Assembly (NCBI RefSeq): GCF_011386835.1
Contig: NC_088807.1
Span: 24,738,001-24,802,000, forward strand
DNA from: Chrysemys picta bellii
Taxonomy: Eukaryota
Length of the DNA: 64,000 nucleotides
Direction of reading: 5' to 3'
The notes beneath the pieces were generated by a model. It was given only the letters and a program-made list of their open reading frames with translations. It had not been told where the DNA came from and did not search any database. Both the position numbers and the translations under genes were made by a program. Positions 11,721 to 22,400 of this stretch are shown piece after piece; the first letter of the stretch is position 1, and each line of letters starts with the position of its first letter.

Positions 11721-12794
11721 ATCACATGACAGAGGGCGGGACCTCAGGTGACAACTGACCAATTGGCCCACTAGGAGTGTGGCCTTGGACCCTGACCAAC
11801 CAATCACACCATGGAGTAGTGATATCAGATCCTGACTGACCAATTGCCCTGAGTGGGGCGAGACCTAAGACTCTGACTGACCAATCACACCACAGGGGGC
11901 GTGGCCTCATAAACCAAGCAGCCACTCATGCCATGGAGTTGTGACTTCACACAGTGACCGACCAATCACACCAGAGATATTACTGTGATCACTAACTGAC
12001 CAATCGCAACATGGGAGGCGTGGCCTAAAACACAGCCACTTTGACTGGGCCAATCAAGCGATGGGGGGCGTGGCTTCGCTTAAAGGGGACATTGTCTGGT
12101 ATTTTTGTCATGCCTGCCCGGTGTTTTTCCCCTGTTGCACTGTGGGGAGGGGAGTATTTAACAACTCACTGCACCTATTTTTAGCTTAATCTCCCATCCC
12201 AATTTCTCAGTCTCTGGCCCTTTAAGAAACTTGGGCGTGTCCCCTCTTGGAAAGGCGTGTAGTTCTTGTTTGTGGAGGACTGGGTGGGGGGGGTGTAGAG
12301 AAGAAGCTGCCCCTTTAAGAGTTGCTCGCGAGTGAGCCTGATATATCCTCTCCCCAGGCCACCCTGAGTGACTGGGGACAGGCCTGGGAGCCAGGACTCC
12401 TGGGTTCTCTCCCCGGCTCTGGGAGGGGAGTGGGGGCTGGTGGTTAGAGCGGCGGGGGGGGGCTGGGAGCCAGGACTCCTGGGTTCTCTCCCTGGCTCTG
12501 GGAGGGGAGTGGGGGCTAGTGGTGGGCCTGGTGCAATGGAGGGGGTTGCAGAGTGGGGAAGGGTGGGCCATGGGGCAGTGGTTTGGGAAGGAGGAAGCAT
12601 GGGGCAAAGGGACCCCACCCAGAGGGGTTGCTGTGGAGATGGGGGGGGGGCCCATGGACCGACGGCGCACACAGGTGGCAGCACCCCCCTTCTTCTTCCT
12701 TTAACACCCATCACCCTTCTGCCAGGCCCCCCCCTCCCCCCCCGCTCTGGAGCCCTGTTACTTTTCGTAGCCTCGTTTTTTTACTGGCTGTTGT

Positions 12795-12800
12795 AATAAA
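12795..12800 (+). terminator. Probable polyA signal of the AdipoR-like gene
   Basis: AATAAA about 1.4 kb downstream of the stop, in a T-rich context. Confidence 0.55.
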
Positions 12801-13441
12801 TTTCTAGGAGCCGGAAACATTATAAGGAAAATAAGTTCTCTCCTGGCCCCTGGCCTGGCTGGAGTCCGCATGGCAGACCTTGGGCAGCGTTATGTGTGGC
12901 TGTTTCCCAGCTGCCTCGCCCCAGAGCTGGCTGCATCTCAGCGCCAGGCAAACCGTCTTTGTGCAGGCGGTGGGCGCTGCTGCAGAGAACCGGCATCTGT
13001 AGTCAGTTTCGTGTCTGTGGCTGACCTGCCTGGAGGGGAGTGGCAGGTGAAAGGAAGTGGTTGAGCATCACGGAGGCGGCTGTCTCCTGCCCAAGCTGCA
13101 GAAGGAAGCCGGGGTGAGGGGGCTGGGCAGGGGGCGCTCTCCCCTGGCAGGCAGGGCCGGGCGCTGTGGGGGCACCGTGGGGCAGGGAGCGGGGCGGGGC
13201 AGGGGGCGCTCTCCCCTGGTATTGGGAGGTGCCGTTGGGCAGAGCAGTGTGGGGCCAGCACCCTTGGTGCTATCACTACAAACACAGGAACTAGCCCCCC
13301 CGCCTCCCCCAGCGCAGGAAACCACAGGGGCGGAAGCGCCGCTCAGCTTCTGGGACTTGGTGCCGAGCCACCCGCGCCCTGGGGGGCCGAGGGGAGCAGG
13401 CGGCAGGTGCAGGGGGGAGCCCAGGGATGCGCTGAGCGACC

Positions 13442-16400
13442 ATGGATGAGGAGGGGCCGGCGGAGCAGGAGTCATGGTAAGAGGGGCACCGTGGGGAGGG
13501 GGAAATCTACCAAATCCTGCACCCTCCTCACCCCACAAAGACAGGGCCTGATGCTGCGTAGAGCAGAGGATTCTGGATTGTCCCCCCCAGGGGAAACAGA
13601 GGCACAGAAAAGGGGAACTGACTTCTCCTGTAACTCAGGAGACCCCACTCCCCTCCCCGAGATGGGGAGAGAACCCAGGAGTCCTGGCTCCCAGCCCCCC
13701 TGCTCTAACCACCAGCCCCCACTCCCCTCCCAGAGCCGGGGAGAGAACCCAGGAGTCCTGGCTCCTTTCCCATGGGCGCCAACCACAGCCCAGAATAACT
13801 CATCCACTTTTGTGTCGCCCCAGGCTCACTATATCCGGGGCAGCCAGGGGAATTACAGTTCCCCACAACGTAGCACCAAACTTCAGAGAAGTGTGTGTGG
13901 GGGGGTCATTCTTGATGTGTCCCCAGAGCACTGCTGGAGGAAACTCGCATCACGTAGGGGAGCAGAGAAGGGAGGCCCCATGGCACTGCTGGAGGGATGC
14001 TCAGAGCGCCCCATTCTTGTAATCCCCTTCCTGGTGTGTTTGCAGGTCCCCGGTGCATCGGGAGCGGTCCCAGACCTCGGGGTCCCTGTCCGAGGGCTCG
14101 GGGGTGAGTGGGGGAGGGCAAGGCTGGAGTGGAGGTTGGAACTTTGGGGTGGGGGTGGGGTGGGGTGGATGGGCACAGGGGGTCTGGGAGATCTGGGGGT
14201 GGGGTGGGGCGTCTAGGGGTGGGAGATCCAGGGTGGGGTGGCCGTGGGGACGGGGACAGGGGGTCTGGGAGATGGAGCGGGGGTAGGGTGGCTGTGGGGC
14301 AGGAGATCTAGGAGATGGGGTGAGGTGACCATGGGGACGGGGACAGGGGGTCTGGGAGATCGGGCCGGGGTAGGGTGGGCCTGGGGCAGGGGGTCTGGGA
14401 GATCTGGGGGTAGGGTGGGATGTCTAGGGGTGGGCGATCCAGGGTGAGGTGGACGTGGGGACAGGGACAGGGGGTCTGGGAGATGGGGCGGGGTAGGGTG
14501 ACCATGGGGCAGGGGGTCTGGGAGATCTGGGGGTAGGGTGGGGTGTCTAGGGGTGGGAGATCCGGGGTGGGGTGGCCGTGGGGATGGGGACAGGGGGTCT
14601 GGGAGATGGGGCCGGGGTAGGGTGGGCATGGGATAGGGGGTCTGGGAGATCTGGGGGTAGGGTCGGGTGTCTAGGGGTGGGAGATCTGGGGTGGGGTGGC
14701 CGTGGGGATGGGGACAGGGGGTCTGGGAGATGGGGCCGGGGTAGGGTGGGCATGGGGCAGGGGGTCTGGGAGATCTGGGGGTAGGGTCAGGTGTCTAGGG
14801 GTGGGAGATCCGGGGTGGGGTGGCCGTGGGGACGGGTACAGGGGGTCTGGGAGATCGGGCCAGGGTAGGGTGGGCATGGGGCAGGGGGTCTGGGAGATCT
14901 GGGGGTAGGGTGGGGTGTCTAGGGGTGGCCGTGGGGACGGGGACAGGGGGTCTGGGAGATGGGGCTGGGGTAGGGTGGGCATGGGACAGGGGATCTGGGA
15001 GATCTGGGGGTAGGGTGGGGTGTCTAGGGGTGGGAGATCCGGGGTGGGGTGGCCGTGGGGATGGGGACAGGGGGTCTGGGAGATGGGGCCGGGGTAGGGT
15101 GGGCATGGGATAGGGGGTCTGGGAGATCTGGGGGTAGGGTCGGGTGTCTAGGGGTGGGAGATCCGGGGTGGGGTGGCCGTGGGGATGGGGACAGGGGGTC
15201 TGGGAGATGGGGCCGGGGTAGGGTGGGCATAGGGCAGGGGGTCTGGGAGATCTGGGGGTAGGGTGGGGTGTCTAGGGGTGGGAGATCCGGAGTGGGGTGG
15301 CCGTGGGGATGGGGACAGGGGGTCTGGGAGATGGGGCCGGGGTAGGGTTGCCATGGGGCAGGGGGTCTGGGAGATCTGGGGGTAGGGTCAGGTGTCTAGG
15401 GGTGGCCGTGGGGACGGGGACAGGGGGTCTGGGAGATCGGGCCAGGGTAGGGTGGACATGGGGCAGGGGGTCTGGGAGATCTGGGGGTAGAGTGGGGTGT
15501 CTAGGGGTGGCCGTGGGGACGGGGACAGGGGGTCTGGGAGATGGGGCTGGGGTAGGGTGGGCATGGGACAGGGGGTCTGGGAGATCTGGGGGTAGGGTGG
15601 GGTGTCTAGGGGTGGGAGATCCGGGGTGGGGTGGCCGTGGGGATGGGGACAGGGGGTCTGGGAGATGGGGCGGGGTCCCCCCGAGTCCGACTCTGACCCC
15701 CCCCTCTCTCTGGCAGAAGAAGCGGAAGCAGCAGGGGGTACCTGGCATGGGGCAGCGGGGGCCTGAGCCCCAGACCTCCGATGACAAGGTGAGACCCTCC
15801 CCCGACTAGCCCCCATCATCTCCTCCTTATCCCCCACTAGTGCTTCTTCCCCCGCCCCCCCTCCCCGATTGCCCGCCCACCTCCCCCACACAAGTGTGGA
15901 TGGTTGAATTCTGGCCCGGCCCCTTTAAATGGTGACGGTAGGCGGGGCTTCTTCGGCGAGTGGGCGTGGTCAGCCTGCTGGCAGGGCTGCGGAGTTTCTC
16001 TGTGGTTGGCTGTGCCATGGCAGGGGGCGTGTCCGGAAGAACGGGGCGTGGTGATTGGCTGCAGGGAGAAGGGCCCTCACCCGGTTCTGTGATTGGCTGA
16101 GGAATGGAGGGGGGCATCTCCTCGACAGCTGATTGGCTGAACAGACAGAAGTGGTGTCACAGTGGGACACACCCATTCCGACCCTTCTAGGGACCCTCCC
16201 CCCTTAGGGTACCTTTGATCAGCCCCCCCCATCCCCTCCATGACCCCTTCCCCATCCCCTGCAGGGGGGAGTCCTGGGCAGGGCTGGGCTGGCAGGGGCT
16301 GCGGGTCGGGAGTGAGGGGCACCGGCAGACGGGGGGCAGGGGGGATACAGCGGGGCTGGGCTGGCAGGGGCTGCAGGTCGGGAGTGAGGGGCACCGGCAG

Positions 16401-19400
16401 ACGGGGGGCAGGGGGGATACAGCGGGGCTGGGCTGGCAGGGGCTGCGGGTCGGGAGTGAGGGGCACCGGCAGACGGGGGGCAGGGGGGATACAGCGGGGC
16501 TGGGCTGGCAGGGGCTGCGGGTCGGGAGTGAGGGGCACCGGCAGACGGGGGGCAGGGGGGATACAGCGGGGCTGGGCTGGCAGGGGCTGCGGGTCGGGAG
16601 TGAGGGGCACCGGCAGACGGGGGGCAGGGGGGATACAGCGGGGCTGGGCTGGCAGGGGCTGCGGGTCGGGAGTGAGGGGCACCGGCAGACGGGGGGCAGG
16701 GGGGATACAGCGGGGCTGGGCTGGCAGGGGCTGCGGGTCGGGAGTGAGGGGCACCGGCAGACGGGGGGCAGGGGGGATACAGCGGGGCTGGGCTGGCAGG
16801 GGCTGCGGGTCGGGAGTGAGGGGCACCGGCAGACGGGGGGCAGGGGGGATACCCCGGGGCTGGGCTGGCAGGGGCTGCGGGTCGGGAGTGAGGGGCACCG
16901 GCAGATGGGGAGTAGGGGGGATACCCCGGGGCTGGGCTGGCAGGGGCTGCGGGTCGGGAGTGAGGGGCACCGGCAGACGGGGGGCAGGGGGGATACAGCG
17001 GGGCTGGGCTGGCAGGGGCTGCGGGTCGGGAATGAGGGGCACCGGCAGAGCTGGGGGGGAACCCAGGGCTGGTCTGGCAGGGGCTGTGGGTCGGGAGTGA
17101 GGGGCACCGGCAGACGGGTGGCAGGGGGGATACACTGGGGCTGGGCTGGCAGGGGCTGTGGGTCGGGAGTGAGGGGCACCGGCAGATGGGGGGTAGGGGG
17201 GATACAGCAGGGCTGGGCTGGCAGGGGCTGGGGGTTGGGAGTGAGGGGCACCGGCAGACGGGGGGCAGGGGGGATACAGCGGGGCTGGGCTGGCAGGGGC
17301 TGTGGGTCGGGAGTGAGGGGCACCGGCAGATGGGGGGTAGGGGGGATACAGCGGGGCTGGGCTGGCAGGGGCTGCGGGTCGGGAGTGAGGGGCACCGGCA
17401 GACGGGGGGCAGGGGGGATACCCTGGGACTGGGGCTCGGCTGTTTCTCTCTTTTCCTGCCCGGAAGCCCCTGGATTGTTTGCTGGTGGCAGGAAACCGGG
17501 TCTATAAATAGTTGCCAGGGGCCCATTGTCTGGGTCCAGGCCCCCCCAGTGCTGAGCCGGTGACACCCCCTGTGACGAACTGGGACTGTTCTTACTGTGG
17601 TGTGTGAATGCTGACAGGGGAGTGTGACTAGGATGGTCTGCATCGGGGGATGGGAGCCGGCCCAAGGGAACATACCTGAGCTTGTAACATGAGAACCCAG
17701 GAGGGGGTTGGAGGTCAGGTGACTCCGGGGCCCGGGAAACTGATCAAAGGCTGTGGGAGGGGTCGCTGAAGGAGAGTGCTGGAAGCAGGCTGGAAGGAGG
17801 CTGGAGAGATGGCTGGGAGGCAGAGATGGCTCTGACCCCCCAAGGGGGGTGGGCTGGCATGCCCTGGGACCCCAAGCTGGACCTAACTGAGGGGGGCCCT
17901 GTTGTCTGTGCCTGCAAGACCTGTCTTGGACTGTATTCCTGTCATCCAAATAAACCTTCTGCTTTACTGGCTGGCTGAGAGTCATGGTGAATCGCAGGAA
18001 GCCGGGGGTGCAGGGCCCTAACTCCCCCACAATCCGCAACAACTGGTGGCAGCGGTGGGATCTACTGCACCCCGTGGACGGCGCTTCCTGCAGTAAGTGA
18101 CTGGGGAGCAGTAAAACGAAGGGGGATTGACGGGGACCAGGCCTGCTGAAGAGTGGGAGAGAGACGGTTATTACCCCTGGGAGTGTGTGACCAGCGAGAA
18201 GGACTTTTGCAGTAACAGGGTCCCCCGGGGGGATCGCAGCGAGTGGTCCCAGGGGCGGAGGAGTCTGCAGCTCGACCCTGGCAGAGAGGTGGTGACCTCG
18301 AGAAGGGCTGGCACACTAGGGGTCCCCCTGGGAACTGTGGGGAGCTGTGAGCACACAGGCCGGTGAGTGGCCAGCAGGAAGATGTATGCCAAGCGGCTTA
18401 AGAGCGACCTGGTGGAGCTGTGCAAGCAGAGGCGGCTGCGCATTGGGAGGCTCACCAAAGAACAGCTCATTGCCCAGCTAGAGGCGGAAGATCGCGCGAA
18501 TGAACCGATCCCTGTGTCTCAGGGAAGCAGCCTGGCAAATGCAGCGCAGGCACCAGTGTCTGTCCCAGCTGGGAGTGGTCAGCCGGCTGCTGAGGGCTTC
18601 CCGAGACCCCTCCTTCCTATGCCTAGGGGAAGGGTGGGGAGGAGCCCAGCAAATACCGAAGGCGCCGTGGCCCCCCCGGCCAGCAGGGGACCCTCCCGGC
18701 GAAGCTCGCCCGCCAGCAGAGGATCCTCCCGGCGACGTTCGGCATCCGGGGAGCGGAATTGGCTGGAATGGGAGAAAGAGCTAAAACTGAGAGAGCTGGA
18801 GGATCGTGAACAACAGAGACAGCATGAAGAGAGACAGCGTCAGCATGAACGGGAGGAGAAAGAGAGACAGAGACAGGAGAATGAGAGACAGCATCAGCGT
18901 GAACTGGAACTGGTGAGATTGAAGGGCAGTGAACCCCCGGCTGCGGTCAGTGATGGGGGACCCAGGACTGCACGGAGCTTTGATAAGTGCATCATGGCCC
19001 CATACAAGGAGGGGGAGGACATGGATGACTTCCTGGAGGCCTTTGAGACGGCCTGCGAGCTGCACCGGGTTGATCCCGCGGACAGACTCCGGGTCCTTAC
19101 CCCCTTACTGGACCCCAAATCCGTGGCATTGTACCGCCAACTGGGAGAGGCAGAGAAAGGGGACTACGAACTATTCAAAAAGGCCCTGCTACGTGAGTTT
19201 GGGCTGACTCCTGAGATGTACCGGGGAAGGTTCCGGAGTCAAGATAAAACCCCTGAGATCTCATATCTGCAACTAGCCGTCCGCATGGAAAGATACGCCA
19301 GCAAGTGGGCTGGTGGGGCCCAGACGAAGGAGGACCTGATTAAACTGCTGGTACTGGAGCAACTGTATGAGCGGTGCCCATCCGACCTGAGGCTGTGGTT

Positions 19401-22400
19401 GGTGGACAGAAAGCCAGAGAACCCGCGACACGCCGGGCAGCTGGCTGATGAGTTTGTAAAGAGCCGGTCAGGGGGTGGCAGGGAGGAGCCCCAAAGGAAC
19501 AGGCCCGCCGCGATGCAGAGAGAGATTCACCCTGGGACCTCCCAAAGGGGGAATATGGGGAATCCCCTCCCACGGGGAATGCCCAGCGTCAGGGACAACC
19601 AACCGGCTCGAGGGGACCCACAGGACATGAGCTGCTATTACTGCGGCCGAAAAGGCCACGTTCGGGCCCAGTGCCCCAAGCTCAAGGACAGACTGAGCAG
19701 ACCGAACCCGCACCGGGTTAACTTGGTAGAGGCCCAGACGGACGAGGGGCAGGCTTCTCACGCAAGAGGGGCTGGCAGCTTATCAACTGCTCAAGAGAGA
19801 GAAGGGCCCCAGGCCAGCTCCTCTAGGGGGCTGGATGCCCCAGACTCAGGGTTTTTGGTTTATACGGTGGGCGCGGGGCTGTCCCTCCGGAGAGAGTACC
19901 TTGTTCCCCTGGAGGTGGATGGGAGGAAGGTCAATGGATACTGGGATACGGGCGCAGAGGTGACGCTGGCCCGGCCCGAGGTGGTGGCCCCAGATCAGGT
20001 GGTACCCAACTCCTACCTGACCCTGACGGGGGTGGGCGGAACACCAGTCAAAGTGCCCGTGGCAAGGGTACACCTGAAGTGGGGGGCCAAGGAGGGCCCC
20101 AAGGATGTGGGGGTACACCCGTATTTGCCCACTGAGGTATTGATGGGGGGGGACCTGGAGAACTGGCCAAGCAACCCCCAAAAGGCACTGGTTGTGACCC
20201 GCAGTCAGAGCCGGCGAGGGGCCCTGCGCCCTGGCCTTGGGGGGGGTGCCTTGCCTGAGGCGCAGGACCCTAACCTGGTGGGGAGGGAACGCCCAGGGAC
20301 GCGGCTCAGGGAGGCTGCAGCTTCGGACCCAGCGGGCGAGAAAGAGCAGGTGGCCATCCCTGTCCCAGCTGCTGAGTTCCAGGCCGAGTTACAGAGAGAC
20401 CCCTCCTTGCGGAAGATAAGGGACCTGGCTGACCTCAATGCGGTACAGACCATGGAACGAGGTGGCCGGAAAAGGTTCCTGTGGGAGAAGGGGTTCCTGT
20501 ACCGAGAATGGGCTCCCCCAGGGAAAATGGAGTCAGGGGGGATCAGGAGGCAGCTGGTAGTACCCCAGAAGTATCGCCGCCAGCTGCTGTGCCGGGCCCA
20601 TGACATTCCCCTCTCAGGGCACCAGGGAACCTGGCGTACCCAGCAGAGGCTGCTACGGAGCTTTTACTGGCCTGGGGTCTTTGTTACTGTCCGACAGTAC
20701 TGCCGATCCTGTGACCCCTGTCAGAGGGGCAGGAAGGCCTGGGACAAGGGGAAAACAGCTTTAGGACCCTTGCCCAGCATAAAGGATCCTTTCCGGAGGG
20801 TGGCCAAGGTTAAAAGGGCGGCTCTAAACCAAGCGAGCCCAAAGCACAGACCTCCAGACTGGAGCGCTGGGAGAAGACCACAGCCCAGTTGGAACCCCAG
20901 AGGTATGGGGGTGGGAAAAGGGCACAGGCCGCATAAACCTTCCCACCTGCGAACTGCGAGTGCCATCAAGCACCCCCGACCTAAGGGGGCGCGTGGAACG
21001 GAAGGGGCCTGGTGTAACTCCCACCAAGGAACTGGAGGGATGCGGGGGCATCCATGGGAACGGGGGTAGGTTCGAACTTCCCCAGGTCACTGGCTAAAGT
21101 GACCCCGCTCAGTTCGGTCTCGAAGGGGGGAGAGATGTGACGAACTGGGACTGTTCTTACTGTGGTGTGTGAATGCTGACAGGGGAGTGTGGCTAGGATG
21201 GTCTGCATCGGGGGATGGGTGCCGGCCCAAGGGAACATACCTGAGCTTGTAACATGAGAACCCAGGAGGGGGTTGGAGGTCAGGTGACTCCGGGGCCCGG
21301 GAAACTGAACAAAGGCTGTGGGAGGGGTCGCTAAAGGCAGAGGGCTGGAAGCAGGCTGGAAGGAGGCTGGAGAGTTGGCTGGGAGGCAGAGATGGCTCTG
21401 ACCCCCCAAGGGGGCTGGGCTGGCATGCCCTGGGACCCCAAGCTGGACCTAACTGAGGGGGGCCCTGTTGTCTGTGCCTGCAAGACCTGTCTTGGACTGT
21501 ATTCCTGTCATCCAAATAAACCTTCTGCTTTACTGGCTGGCTGAGAGTCATGGTGAATCGCAGGAAGCCGGGGGTGCAGGGCCCTAACTCCCCCACAATC
21601 CGCAACACCCCCTCCCACACTTTCCTCCCCAGGAACCCTGCACCAAACGGGTGAAACCTGTCGCCAAGACCCTGTCGGGCTCGGGGCCCCCGTCGGCCAA
21701 GGTGACACCCCTGAAACGCCTGAGCCAGTCGATCCAGGTACACGGGGATCCCCCTCACCCGGCACTACGGGGGCCAGGACACATGGAGCAGGGCTGTGCG
21801 CAGCCCCCTGCAGCAGGGAGAGGGGGTGGGATGGGGGGGTCCCCTGAGGATGGGGGTGCAGGGCTGGGTGGGCTGGGGACCATGGAGTGGAGGGGGCAGG
21901 GCCTGTATTCCGCTCTCAGCCAATCACTGTCCATCCCGCCCTCGCCCCCACCCCAGAGGTCCATCAGCTTCAAGGCGGAGCCCCGCCCCCCAGGCTACGT
22001 CCCGCCCCCCCGGGCCGGGGGCTGCCGGCGCCGCAGCAGCAAACTCTGGAGCGAGACTTTCGACCGGGTCAGTGAGGAGCTCTCGGCCCATGAGGTGAAA
22101 CGACAGGAGGTGAGGGGCGGGGCCAGTCGCAGGGGGCGGGGCCAGCAGGCATGGGGTGGAGCCTGGGGAGAAGAGCGGTGGGGGAGGAGCCAGGCGGGGG
22201 CGGGGCCGGGAGCAGGTGGGGGAGGAGCCCGGCGGGGGCGGGGCCGGGAGCAGGTGGGGGAGGAGCCAGGCGGGGGCGGGGCCGGGAACAGGTGGGGGAG
22301 GAGTCAGGCGGGGGCGGTGCTGGGAACAGGTGGGGGAGGAGTCAGGCGGGGGCGGTGCTGGGAACAGGTGGGGGAGGAGTCAGGCGGGGGCGGGGCTGGG

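Larger units (their letters stand above)
17571..21607 (+). mobile_element. Internally deleted Gmr1-like Gypsy LTR retrotransposon
   Basis: LTRs 17571-18041 and 21136-21607 (TG...CA, about 8 differences); TSD CCCCC on both sides; PBS 18044-18061; polypurine tract 21123-21135. Confidence 0.95.

Noticed and set aside
16077-18042. ORFs of 350-607 aa
   Set aside because: Produced by the 72-bp satellite and antisense LTR; no domain content.
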